A stretch of DNA of 64,000 nucleotides, taken from the NCBI GenBank assembly GCA_951406725.2, contig OX597815.1, forward strand, positions 106,888,001 through 106,952,000. Direction: 5' to 3'. How positions within the stretch are numbered: the first letter of the stretch is position 1; each line of letters starts with the position of its first letter. The notes under the pieces were generated by a model. It was not told the DNA's origin. It did no database searches and worked only from the letters and a program-made list of their open reading frames with translations. This DNA is from Octopus vulgaris. Its lineage: Eukaryota. Positions 38,228 through 52,410 of the stretch are shown piece by piece. The translations under genes were made by a program, and so were the position numbers.

Positions 38228-38330
38228 AGGAAAAATTATAAAAAGGCAGAATGCTAAATTGAAAGAAAATTTTAATGAAAATTTTCTTTCAATTTAGCAT
38301 TCTGGCTTTTTATAATTTTCCCTTGCCTAT
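38221..38330. repeat. 110-bp palindrome between (TA)n tracts (right arm continues to about 38376)
   Basis: atagacaaggaaaaattataaaaaggcagaatgctaaattgaaagaaaatttt and its reverse complement; apex near 38275. Confidence 0.92.
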
Positions 38331-38369
38331 CATTTCTCTATGTGTGGTCAACACAACCCCACCATTTAT

Positions 38370-38434
<65 letters not shown>

Positions 38435-38437
<3 letters not shown>

Positions 38438-39288
38438 GGTGTCCCAAAAGCTTTCGCATAATTTGTGATGTCCATTTCAGAGTGACTGCATGGTCAAGAG
38501 AAATGAAACTTAATAGGCTTAATTTTGAACATAAGTTTTATTCTATAGATTTCCAACGAAAAATTGTGTGAGATGATAATTTTATAATGTTTCAAAGTTA
38601 TCACGATTCTTTGAGATGGCGCAGAACACAATTCACTTTTGGTGAGTCCTTTTCGTGTTCACATGTGTCACTTTGCCATTCCTGTGGAATGTGGCCTTGT
38701 CGCTGAAAACGAAACGGTTTTCAAAGTCATCTTTAAGTTTCTCTTGCATATCTTCACAGAACGTTTTACGCTTTTGCTTGTCAATCAGTTTTAAAGTCTG
38801 CAGTTGCTGAATCTTGTAGGGGGTTAGTCACAAGCGTCTTCTTATGACACGCCAAACATTTGACTTGAGGATCCAGGTTTCCAGACTTGCTCTTCGCACA
38901 GATTTCTTTGGACTCCGACTAAGCGTTCACCATCTCTCTCTGAAACTGCTGGCCGTTCAGATCCTTTTTTCCGACTCAAATAGCCTTTCTTTTGAAACTA
39001 CTTATGCCACATCCAAATCTGCTTCTCTGTTGGGACTTGTTTATGAAATCTTCTCACAAATACACGCCACACATCCATATTTGACTGATTTTGGGCGTAC
39101 TTCAATACATAAAACGCCAGTTCTGTTGCAGTAAACGGCATGTCTAATCCTGAAAATAAAAACCTAAGAAAGATCATATTCTAAACATGTATTGAATTCT
39201 AAACACTGCTAAAATTTGAGACAATTTGAAGGAAAATTATTCACGTTATTAGGTAATGAAATGATATCAAAGTTTTTGGTACACCCTG
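38435..39288 (-). mobile_element. Internally deleted Tc1/mariner-superfamily transposon (rosa/DD41D-like N-terminus)
   Basis: TIRs CAGGGTGTCCCAAAAGCTTT / AAAGTTTTTGGTACACCCTG with TA target-site duplication (TSD). From ATG 39141 (-): MPFTATELAFYVLKY...IWMWHK*F..GY, PYKIQQLQTL, FVFSDKATFHRNG. Confidence 0.9.
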
Positions 39289-39982
39289 TATAGAGAACAA
39301 ATAGTGAGGGATTATCAATCCGTGCAAAATACTTCATAAGCTCTCTGTTGGCATACTAGGCTGACGATATCACTTAGATTAGTGAAAAACTCCAAGTAAT
39401 CTTTTGGTAGGGTCCCAAGTTATGGTTTATCATATTTGGGATGAAGGGAAATATGAAGGATGTAGTCAGCAAACTATGAAACATGTCAGGATAATAGCTT
39501 TCATTTTTTTCTGCGCGAAGAAAATAAAATTCGCTAATTTTCCAGGGAGAAGATATTGTAAATTGTAGCCTAACTTCCTTAAATTTACCTTAGCTGTTTC
39601 ATCTTTTATCTTTTATTTGTTTCAGTCATTAAACTGCAGTCATGCTGGAGCACAGCATTGAACAATTTTGGTCGAATAAATCGGCCCCACATACACACAC
39701 ATCTGTGTGTATGTGTGTGTGTGTATGCGTACATGTGTGCATATATGTATATATGTATGGATGGATGGATGCGTGCATGTATATATGTATGTATGTATGC
39801 ATGCATGAATACATGTATGTATGTATCTGTTTATCTATTCACATACGTGCATACATACGAACATGCATACATACACACACACATATATGTGACTGTATTG
39901 TCTGAGGGGAGTCATTCTTTTAATGCCTTATTAATTAACACACTCACTGGTTCAGTTTCCTCTCGTTTATTATTTTTCTCTC

Positions 39983-40019
39983 TTAAAATTTTCGTTGCTT
40001 CTTGCAACCTCTTCAATAG
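39983..40019 (-). ncRNA. Hammerhead-like motif (C3U) in a short (TA)-flanked module at 39890-40030
   Basis: cta TTGAAGA g gttgc aagaa gcaac GAAA at TT taa; perfect 5-bp stem II, weak stem I. Confidence 0.5.
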
Positions 40020-40024
40020 CTGTT

Positions 40025-40063
<39 letters not shown>

Positions 40064-40159
40064 TGTGGTATCCTGTTTCCATATGTGCATGTGTATATAT
40101 ATATATATATATATGTATGTAGATATATGCATGTATGTATGCATATATATTTATATATC

Positions 40160-40218
<59 letters not shown>

Positions 40219-40290
40219 GTGCAAGATTTTTGTCAAAATGGCTGACGGTTAGTAAGGAGAGACACAAATAAGAAAGAAGAAAACAAAGGA

Positions 40291-40330
40291 CCACTGATGC
40301 AGTCACAGGAGTGTGACGAAAGAACTCTGG
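40291..40330 (+). ncRNA. Minimal type I hammerhead ribozyme variant
   Basis: cca CTGATG(C)A gtcac aggagt gtgac GAAA gaac TC tgg, within the TA-flanked module 40212-40445. Confidence 0.65.
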
Positions 40331-40484
40331 CCGAAATAAGATTAAGATTAATGTAAAAAAAATAAATAACACTGAAGCAAAATAACACCAAATATATAGT
40401 GCGTGTGTTTTTATTAGCTAAACTGGCAGAATGACCATTCTGAAATATAACAATATATATATATATAACAATATATATATATAT

Positions 40485-40523
<39 letters not shown>

Positions 40524-40554
40524 CTAAATAAGCAACAAGGATATCCAGAGGTAA

Positions 40555-40641
40555 TGCAGTACGATCGTTTCATGCAACTCCATTTAATTGGACAATGCAA
40601 TCATTACATCAATTTAAAATGCAGAGCAATCTTCAGCTGCA
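40555..40641 (-). ncRNA. Type I hammerhead ribozyme with long loop II
   Basis: tgcag CTGAAGA ttgc..gcat GAAA cgatcg TA ctgca. The module 40521-40781 is bounded by an imperfect inverted repeat of about 27 bp. Confidence 0.8.
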
Positions 40642-41227
40642 CAAAGACATAGAATTTAATTAAATTAGAACAGATGGACACATTAGTATAATTATACCTA
40701 AAATCTCCCAGAAGTTAAGGAGATAGACAAAGAACATGCTGTCTCATTCCAGTTTGGATTTCCTTGTTGCTTATTTTGATTTTAATCACTTTACTTTGAA
40801 ATTGTATGGATAATACCGTACTAAATTCTGGTGCCTCAACTTAAGTACCATATTCATTTGAATCTAAATTTTTGCTGAACTCATCTACCATATCCAAAGT
40901 ATATAAATATATATATATAGTTGTTCCTAGATAAGATACTTACCTCAAATGCTGACATTGAAATAGAGTCCGATAATGACCCTAAATGGTCTGGTTCTTG
41001 TACTAACCTGGATGGCATTGATTCCACATATTTTGCTTCTATTAACGTTCACTCACTAGTCTTTGATCAACCCAAAGCTATGATAAAAGATACTTACTCA
41101 AAGGACAACGCAGGAAGATATAGAACCCAAATGACGTACTTATAAGCGATCTTGTTAACCACTCAGTTAACGTCTGTGCCACATATGTACATATGCATTT
41201 CAACATCTCTCTCTCTCTCTCCCTCCC

Positions 41228-41298
<71 letters not shown>

Positions 41299-41829
41299 GT
41301 CTATCTATCTTAGTATGTATGCATACATATATTACGTTAATATGAATGTAAGTATTCATGTATGCATGCATGGATATATATACACCACTTTTGTGTCGTC
41401 CTGTTTTAAAATAGGATTTTATCCATTTTTAATTTCCAAAATATATGACATTTCAATATTATATCAATAAAAATGTATAAAGTATAAAGATGTGGATTTT
41501 ATGAATTTTTCCATTTTATTATATTATTAGTTTTGTAATATATCTAGCAAATATTTTTTCAATTTCTTGTTTGTAAATGATATTTTTTGTCCATTTATTT
41601 CCAATATCGTGTCCTCACTATTACATCTACGGTTTGTGGATATTAAGTAATAATGAGAGACATGTATCCTACTGTGTGGGAATCAACTAATCTATATCTG
41701 TTGCTAAGTACGCCTCTCTCTCTCCTCCTCCTCCTCCTCTTCCTCCTTTCTCTCCTTATCTCTCTCTCGCTCTCTCTCCTCCTCTCTCTCCCTCTCTCAC
41801 CCGTTTCTCTCTTCCCCTCTCCGTCAGCG

Positions 41830-41872
<43 letters not shown>

Positions 41873-42294
41873 ACACACATATATATATGCATGTATATGT
41901 ATATATATATATATATATATATGCATATATTTATCGCACACACACACACGCACACACACACACACACACACAAACACAAACACACGCACATATATACACG
42001 CATACACACACCTATGTATATATGTATGTCTATATATAAATGCATACATGCATACATATATGTATGCATGTGACCGCATGCGGATTATTGGTGATTTTTT
42101 CCTCCGTCTTCCTTTTCTCTTGGACTTTCCTCCGTCTCCTGTTTCACACGATGAGCTTTGCCCGAAACGTGAAACCACATTTCCTTCCTTCCCTGAGTGT
42201 CTGCTTATACTTTGCACGTACATTGTCTTCGCATTGTTGTTTTTTTCTTGTTGTGTTCGTATTTTGTGGGGTGATTTATACATACATACATACA

Positions 42295-42330
<36 letters not shown>

Positions 42331-42334
42331 TATA

Positions 42335-42930
42335 CAATCCACGGGATTATCACTCAGACGCAGATGCACTCTGCATCGACAACAGATTGCATTCCCAGAA
42401 TACAGAATGATACTCTTTAGTGAGCATATTGAGAAATGCGCAAAGCAACGACTACCACAATTTTTAATCTTTCCATTCTATCAATGTGCTATTGGAACAC
42501 CAACACAAATTAGATTAAACAAGGAAACATTCTTCATTGAAAAATATAAACCTGAACTTAACCATCCTAACATTCTTATACAGAGAAACTCATCTCATTA
42601 AAAAAGGGGGAAAAGAAATATAAAGCGATTATCTTCTTTATACCGGAAGAAATCCCTTATTACCTTCCCCTGCCTGGAACTCTTCTTTGCACTTCATAAC
42701 GAAGACATGACTCGATGTAGGTAAAGACATTTGAGAAATTTGAAAAGTTTACACGAAACCGGTTATTTCTCCCAAAACTATGTTACTATACACAAAATTT
42801 TATAACATTTTTCTAACATAGCGACTTAAATATATTCTTTAACCTTATAAAACAAGCCTTTTGTAGTTTTTTTATTCTTTTCTATTTTTATACATCCAAC
42901 CACGTGCTTTCACACACCAACTTTCTCACC
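42335..42930 (+). mobile_element. Penelope-like element 3' fragment: C-terminal GIY-YIG endonuclease half plus 3' UTR
   Basis: One frame, 42335-42601, reads QSTGLSLRRRCTLHRQQI..SEHIEKC..FLIFPFYQC..RLNKETFFIEKYKPELN; (TA)n flanks. Confidence 0.82.
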
Positions 42931-42955
42931 TATACATATATATATATATACATAC

Positions 42956-43070
<115 letters not shown>

Positions 43071-43742
43071 TATGCATATATACATACATATATGTACATA
43101 TCTACATATATATGTATATATACATGCATATATGGGTACAGGACAAAAAAACGTAGACACAATGAGAAACGAAAACATAAAATCAAAAACATAGAAACGA
43201 ACTTTTTTTTCAAACAACGAAAAAAACAAACAAACAGAGAAATGAGACAGGCAACATAAAGAATATTCCCCTTCATCAGTTGTCCCCTGTTTCATCTACT
43301 CTGCGTTCGAAGGTAAGGACAAGACGTGACTTCGTTAAAACAGTCCTTTCAGCAAAGCAAATTAAATAAAATTTGGGATTTTTTGCGGAGGGTGAAAGTG
43401 GTAACAAAAACAGGACAGTGAGAACAAAACAGTAAAAACAAACGGTGAAGGCTGTTAAGCCAAAACGATGTGAAGATTATGAACGCTAGAACGACGAGCT
43501 TTGAGAAGAGACAGGTAAAAGTACGTCTTGTCTTTACGAAGGAAGTGGAAGAAAGAAAGATAGATCGCCTTTCGTCACGTGTCAGCAACGAGAGTCAATG
43601 AGGAAGAGTGTGAGAGAGAGGGAACGGTGAGGGAGAGAGGAGGAAAATAGGGCAAGGGTGGGAGAGAAAAACAGAAAGGAAGAAGAACAAGAGAGGGAGA
43701 TAGATAGACAGAGAAGAGATAGAATAAGAGTGCGCATCGTAA

Positions 43743-44112
43743 TCTATATATATATAAAGTTGAAGTTGTCTGTGTGTGACAGGCTTGGTAGCGTTGAACT
43801 AACACTATCTCCTCCGAGAACCTGTGGCGCAAGTTGACCAAAATTGAGAGTATGATAGAAGAAGGCTTGCTCTTCATTCCGTAGAAGATAAAATTCAAAT
43901 CGGACCATGTTTAGACCAAAAATTACTTACATAAAAAAGGTGCTTTTTTTCTATGAAAATCTCTATTTTTTACGATGTTTTGACTGCTGTGTCGCCATTT
44001 TTCGGTGTATTTAAGAGAATAACAAGCTACATAATGCAAAATTTTTACTTTTCAAAAATTCCAATTCTAAAGGGTCGAAACAAACCCGAGCAACGCCGGG
44101 CGATACTGCTAG
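43743..44112 (+). mobile_element. Non-autonomous Helitron (370 bp)
   Basis: 5' A|TCTATATATATATAAAG start; 3' hairpin cccgagcaacgccggg followed 8 nt later by CTAG|T; inserted between A and T with no TSD. Confidence 0.85.
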
Positions 44113-44682
44113 TTATTAAGATAAAACTTACTTGGAAAAGAATGCGTGGCATTCGATCATATAATAATATAAATAATATATAAATATATGCATATATACA
44201 TACCTATATATACGTACATACATACATACATACATACATACATACATACATACATACATACACACAAGTATATTTGCGGGTTGAATATGCTGGTTTGACA
44301 TTCCATCGTGATTTGCTATTGCCTGCTTTCAAGTAAAGAATAACCGATAATTAAGAACTAACCGAAAGTCTTTCAGAATAACAATAATGATAATAATAGG
44401 TGGGGATACAAGAGACATTGATAAGAAACTGCACTGTAATAAACTACAAATGTAAGTAGTGGTCAATGATAGAAATATTATGGGTCACGATGATGATGGT
44501 GGTGATAACGATGATGATGATGGTGATGATGATGATAATGATAATAATAAAATATAAAATTAAGATAAAACTATTAAAAATAAGAATAAGAACCATAAAG
44601 GAAAAACAAAAATAGTACGATCAGTAGAAAAGAATGGGTTAATGAATCAAACATTAATTAAAATAAAGGTAATAATAATGAT

Positions 44683-44885
44683 TTCAAGTATTGGCACAAG
44701 GCCAGCGATTCCGAAGGATGGGTAAGTCGATTATATGTGTTCAACCACTCCTTAATTTATCGATCCTGAAAGGATGGATGGCAAAAATCAAACTCGGCGG
44801 AATTTGAACACGAACGTGAAGACAGCCGAAATGCCACTGGGCATTTTGCCCGGTATATTAACGATTACTGCAGCTCGTCGCCTTG
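44683..44885 (-). mobile_element. Nin/Deu-like SINE
   Basis: Reverse complement of the family core: tttatcgatcctgaaaggatg..ggcaaa..ctcggcggaatttgaac. Confidence 0.8.
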
Positions 44886-45999
44886 CAAACACTAGTAATA
44901 ATAATAACAACGATGATGATGATGATAACCACCGCAATGATGGAGTAGAAAGAGGATTAAATATGTATTCCTGAGGTGAAAACGTTAATTTGGAGAGAAG
45001 AAATAAAAGAACTTACTGCCAATGAAATCTGCCAATAAAATTCCAAGGTAAGAAGTAAAAAGATGTAATGGAGATAATGATAAAAGTAGTAAAATTGCCG
45101 TGGACGATTGTTGTTACACGTGCATTCCACGGAGTCGATTAAACTGGATTGGCAGAGAATAGACGCATACATCAAGATATATATCAGTAACCTACAACCC
45201 CAAGTCGAGCAGAGGAAAGAGGGGAATAAATGAAAAACCAAGAAGGTAATACGTAAAAGAAAAATGAAATGAAAAAGGGAAAACAATACACTGGTTTCGT
45301 TGGAACGAGTAAACTAATAAAATAAAATAAAATTTTACTATGATTAAGTATTAAGTAAACAAGCAGCTCGTTCGTTCGCTAATCAGTAAGTTAGTATCAA
45401 AAGGTAGAGAGTTAATAATGTGACTACTTGACTGGCAGAAAGGAAGAAAATCCAGGAATTATAAGAGGCTAGTTTAACGAGCTGTAGTGCAAGAAAATTG
45501 TAAACGTTCAATATAAGTTCATGATGTACACCGAACAGCCAAGTAAGGAGGAAGGATTATCTCCCCTGGTATTACAAAATGCTTTTGAATTATGACAAAG
45601 GAAATACTACATAGCGATACGATTATGCTGTGGATGATGATGGAATGTCAGTTTAATAGAGTTGAAAGAGGCGTGAAAGGAAATGAAAAGGAAGGGTAAA
45701 TTATCAGTGTAATTTTAGGGCAGATGGGAGAACGATACTGGATGGGACTAGGATGTCATGATCCTGTGTTTTCAAAATCTTCGTTTCATAGAAACAGCAC
45801 AAATCTGGTGTGAAATATAGTGAAGCGCAGATGACATATGTGGGGAAGTTAAGAAAAGGTAAAAGATACTAAAGAATTTGTGTTATTGGAAGTGATAGAT
45901 CATTAGTATGTACAGAATGGGGAGTACTGGAATCATATCAGAGCTTTTGTAGCACATAGAATAAATAATGTATGTGTGTGTATGTGTGTGTGTGTGTGT

Positions 46000-46061
<62 letters not shown>

Positions 46062-46853
46062 CCTGTCGATGTATGCTGCAAGGGTGCAGTGTGGCCAAAA
46101 GAGAAAAAAACTTGAGATGTGTTGCATTTGGCATAAATTATATTTGCAATACTTTATCGTACACGATGCCATGTAACTCTATGCCACTGGTTTCCAAACT
46201 TATTGTCATGGAACTTTTATCGATTTTCTAAAAAATCGTAAAACCCACACATATATTTTACGGACAAACGCGCAAGGGCCGCGGCGAGATGAGCATAAAG
46301 AATGTATATAATAATTCATCCCGACTAATAGATCAGTATGAAATAGCAGCCATAAAACCTTATTAGCACCCGAGATGAATATACTAAAATGGGCTTACGA
46401 AACTTGTTCGTAATAAAAAATATTAAGAGTGACAACACAAAAGACTTTTTTACAAAGCAGATTTGCCCTGGAAGTATTTTACCTGAATGTAAGAAATTCC
46501 TCTCTTTTCTCTTTTCTCTGCGGCTAGACAGTTAATGATTTCGGAGGAAAATAAAATAAAATATATTTCCTCCTTTTTAAGAAACTTTGTAGAATGCCGA
46601 ATTTAGCTTCATTTATGTCTCGATTTAAACCTTGCTGACGATTCGAAAGTCACGGCTACGAACGACTAAAAACTTTAGAAACTTTATTTCATGTTACATA
46701 AAAGTTAAAAATTAAAAATCAAATATGCATGCTCCTCAACTTAACTTAGTTAATCTAAAAAGATCCTCTTCCGTTTAATGGTAAATCACCACCAAAAGCA
46801 AACCACGTATTTAAATAAAATAAAAATTGTTTTAGAGAATGAGAATGTATTCA

Positions 46854-47139
46854 TAGGCACAGGCATAGCTTTGTGGCCAAGAAGCTAGCTTTGCAACTAC
46901 ATGGTTTCAGGTTCAGTCCCACTGTGAGGCATATGTGTGTCTTTATGTCTGTCTTTGCCCCATTACCTCGCTTGATAACTGGCGATGGTTTGTTTACATT
47001 GCCTTAACATAACGGTTCGTCAAATGAAACCGACAGAATAAGTACCAGACTTCAAAAATAAGTACTGGGATCAATTTTTCGACTCAAATCCTTCAAGTCG
47101 GAGCTCTAGAATGGCTGCAGTCCAATGGCTGGAACAAGT
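46854..47139 (+). mobile_element. CORE-like SINE
   Basis: taggcacaggcatagct..ggttcagtcccactg head and cggttcg..ccgacagaataagtacca body. Confidence 0.8.
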
Positions 47140-48596
47140 TTAGTATTTCCAAAATGGAGAATACTCTTATTAAATTTTATTACAAGATACCTTATCTCGC
47201 AGTAGTTTTTCACGGTGTTGTGAAAGTTCACAGAACCCACTTTGGGAAACATGACGGCATACAGTTGCTGTTGGGCCAAATCGGTGGCACTGTAGTCTTT
47301 CTGACAAGGATCTCTGGTTCGTCTTACGTCGTATGTGTATGTGACCAAATCACTCAATGTTCACTGGGATAATCCACTAGAAGTGATCTATAAACTTTTA
47401 CAATTACAATCCATTTTTGGCAAATCAATAATTTTCAGTAACCCTTTCATTTCAAATATATTCCAAAGGGATGCATTTAACATTTAGTATTTCTTTGGGG
47501 AAAGTAGTCTTCCGTATTGTTTACAGTAAATATTGTGCTGTAAGCCTTTTGTGACTATTAACTTTACGTTTTATTGTCTCTTAAAATTATACCTAAACCC
47601 AATTCGAGTAGCGATCCTTGGTTCGAAAATCGCTATTCTAGTCTTCAATAGTTATCAAGTACCGTAATTTAATACTATATACTTTGGAATCATTGATGTG
47701 TTTCTTCGATTTACAATGCTTAGACAAATCCTATTATGAAAAGTGTCTAAGAGGACCTTTTCTGAAGTTGATATAACTTAGTACCAATTATTGAATGCTT
47801 GTGTTAAAGAAAAGACAAACATATTTTTCTATGACGTTTACACTAAGTAAATAAATATTAATTTCTTTGTGTTCTGTTACACACACTATTTCATATTGTA
47901 ATGTTGCCAAGGCTCCCCTAATTTTAATGTCTATCCTTCTAATCAGCTCTACCTGTCAGTTTGTGTCCATTAAAAAAGTTATCTTAAGCACTTGAGATAA
48001 TTGAATGCAATTTACATGAAATGGTGTGTGAAATAAACATTTCCGTTAATTATTAACTGTTGTTTCATCCTCTTCGTTTACTTAATTTAAACTGTTTCAA
48101 TCAGCTTGTCTTCATCAACATTACATTGCACAGAAATCATAATGTTTTACTTTTTAAACACAAAAAACTGTTACACACATACATTAATATATATATGCAC
48201 ACACACGGATGCACTCTAACAAATGTACAAATACAATACAATATTGCACACACACACACACGCACGCACGCACACACACAAACACATACACACATGCACA
48301 CGCAAAGACAGACGTGTTCACACATAGTTTATACAGACTCTCTTCTTACTCCCTCTTCCTTTTTCTTTTCTTATTTCCTTTTCTTCGGTGTCTTTTTTTA
48401 TTTACCTTTCTTCTTTTCTCTTTTTTCTTCTTTTTTATCCTTTATCATATTTTCTCTCTATCACCATATCCAATGTCAGGAAAATTATAAATGTAGATAT
48501 GCAAATTCCATCATGTTTTGGTTGTAACTTGCATGAAGATTACCACACGCGAAACTCAGAGCAACAAGAAACTAACTCGACCAATATATAATATAT

Positions 48597-48660
<64 letters not shown>

Positions 48661-48712
48661 CAGTGGGGGGAAATAAATATTCGTACACGTCAAAATTATT
48701 TATTTATTTTCT
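48661..48712 (+). mobile_element. Solitary Tc1-like terminus
   Basis: TA|cagtggggggaaataaatattcgtacacgtc resembles Tc1 TIR starts; no partner found. Confidence 0.4.
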
Positions 48713-49211
48713 AATGAACATAAATGGGATATACCAATACTATATATAACACAAGAGAGCTAGGGAGAAGGGGAGATAATAAACTAGTGGTGATTCCAAA
48801 ACGAAGGTCCGCGTGCGTGTGTATAGATGGCTGGTGACCTTGACGTGTGCGTGTGTGTATGTGTAGGTGTGAAAATGTGGGTTTGGGAAGTGGTCAGTGC
48901 TGGTGTGTGCGTGGTAGCATGTTGTGATGTGATCTGATGTGATGGTGGTGTATGGTGTAGTGGTGTGTGGTGTGGTGTGATGGTGTTGGGAGGTGGGGGA
49001 GGCGAGAGTAGGGAAGGCAAGAGTGGGGTGTGGGTTAGGCTGATGGTGGGGGTAGAGGTGGGATATGTGGGAGTGGATGTAAGGGATGGGGTGGGGTGGG
49101 ATGGAGAAGGATAGGGAAGGTGGGGTGGGGTGGTCTTACGAGGGAGGGATGACGATGAAGGGGGAAGGAGAAGGCAGGTTCGTAACAATATATTTATATA
49201 TATATATATAT

Positions 49212-50069
<858 letters not shown>

Positions 50070-50147
50070 CAAATTTACAGAAAAACAAAAGGCAAAGACA
50101 GGTCTAAGAACAACCAGCAGGTGTATTAGTTTGACACTCGGGAAAGC

Positions 50148-50298
50148 AATGCTGTTGAAGATGGTCGTATTAGTTTCTTCTCTAGTTGGAAATGAGATCC
50201 GGATTTCTACTTCCGAATTTACAGAGATTACTTGGTGGAATATGAAAATATTATTACAACATCCGTGTCTCTATTATAAATCATCTAAAGGGAAGAAT
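50148..50298. repeat. Local duplication of about 150 bp (second copy at 52011-52161)
   Basis: aatgctgttga..gttggaaatgagatccggatttctacttccgaattt..caacatccgtgtctctat occurs at both sites. Confidence 0.9.
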
Positions 50299-50610
50299 AA
50301 AAACATATCTATATATGTTTTTATGCATTTTTCTCTACGAGATCAGCAACTGTATGTCGCTTAAAGAATACATAGTATTTGCAAGTGGAGCGAGCTTTCG
50401 TCACTAGCTTGTAGTTGTATCACACTGAAGATGGATAACATTCAGAAACATAGGTCTATGAGTATCACGTAAAGCTAGAGCAAGGATCTCCTTTGCAAAT
50501 GCTCTACGGACACAAAGAGTGTGCTGATAGCCAGCTGGAAAAGATATTTTCCTGGGGTTAAAACAACAGTAACATTTATATCCCAACATTCTGTTGGCAT
50601 ATAAGCATTA

Positions 50611-50684
<74 letters not shown>

Positions 50685-50689
50685 TTGTA

Positions 50690-50754
<65 letters not shown>

Positions 50755-50776
50755 TGTATGTATGTATGTATGTATG

Positions 50777-50849
<73 letters not shown>

Positions 50850-52224
50850 GTATTTGCATACACACATACGGTAAGTTACATCCGTATAGTTTCATTTCTC
50901 ATCAAATTATGTTATATAGATAACCATAGCTAGACATACAATAGATAACGGGGGTGGATAATTCAGTAGCCAGTCATTTGAAATTGAACAAACTTTTATT
51001 TTTTCGGCACCACATCAAAAGTGAGAATCTAAACAACAACTTCAGCCCGTTTGGACAATGATCAGTTCAATAGGAGACCTGCAGTGCTAAGCGGGTACAT
51101 AAATCTATATTCTCGAGTAAAGTGAGCAATATGTTTGGTGTCCTATCCGATTTTCAACCGGATTTACTATTATTTTATCTTTGTACTGTACTTATAATAT
51201 CGGTCTCTTTTAATATCAAAATATTTTGATGATACAGAATTGCATAGGAACATAAAACCTTTAAATGTAATAGCAAATACATTTTATATATTGTTTATAT
51301 GAATTATAAAGGCTACAACCTCAAGTGATCAAATATTCTAAACTGCAAAAATTTAAAGAAGACTTAGATTAAAGAGTTTTAAAAATTGTGGCAAGTGCTT
51401 TAAAAAACTGTGATGGATATACAAATATTAACGTCGTAAACATTTGAAAGTAACTCGCTAGCAGTTGCAAAAATGAATATATCTAAATTTTACCTTCTTA
51501 CTTTTCTACAGTGACCTTTTTTTTTTTCAAAAGTATTTTACAGTCTGAGGATATCTTTCGCAAGGGATAATGTAATCCAAATTCGAACTAGTTTTTTGCC
51601 TTTCTCATAATCTGTAGTCACTGGAACTTTGCACATGCATCTTCGCCCTCACATGCTGTAATCTAATCGATTACTTGAAAGACGCTTCTTTTGAGATGCT
51701 GGCCTCTGGCATCGCTCCATGAAAGTATTCTCTGCAGAAAGATTTTATTGAAATGTGGTCACACTGGCACTATCAATGCAAGATCCATTGGAGACAAAAT
51801 GGATTACAACCTCTTTCAGTCGTGGTAGTATATAATATGATATGAAGTGCTAGTAACAACTGGACATTTTTCCGTGAGATGCGGAACATCGTTTTTCGTT
51901 TTAAAACTGTGTCACTTATTCTTAAACCTGAAATCTGATGTGTTGAATAAATCAGAAAAATTATAAAAGAGAGTTATTGTTTAATTTGTTAATTCTCTTA
52001 AACTTGAAGTAATGCTGTTGAGGAAGATCGTATTAGTTTCTTCTCCTGTTGGAAATGAGATCCGGATTTCTACTTCCGAATTTGCAGTGATTACTTGGTG
52101 GAATATGAAAATCTTATTACAACATCCGTGTCTCTATCTTAAATAATCTGAAGAGAAGAATTTTGGAGCGTATGAAAAAGGTGAACCAAAATATAAGTAT
52201 CAACATCCTGATGATTTCGTTTTC

Positions 52225-52410
52225 CTCATTGGAACAAGGCCAAGAATTTGCAAGGGGTGGAGTAGTCGATCACACCGATTCCAGTGCTCAACTGATACTT
52301 ATTTTATCGACTCCGAAAAGATGAAAGGCAAAGTCTACCTTGGCGGAAGCCGGAAGAAATGTCGTCAAGCAATTTGTCTGGCGAACTCACGATACTACCA
52401 GCTCGCCGTC
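52225..52410 (-). mobile_element. Nin/Deu-like SINE
   Basis: ttttatcgactccgaaaagatgaaaggcaaagtctacct core on the minus strand. Confidence 0.8.

Noticed and set aside
40921-41145. Plus-strand 74-aa ORF as a gene
   Set aside because: The splice signals (cttac, ctatgataaaag) point to the minus strand, and no plus-strand motif was recognised.
46631-46666. CTGACGA-ttc-GAAA hammerhead-like string
   Set aside because: No room for stem II and weak stems I and III; probably chance.
48840-49170. G-rich tract with G-quadruplex potential and a Pro/His/Thr ORF on the minus strand
   Set aside because: Low-complexity sequence in a repeat-derived block, with no evidence of function.
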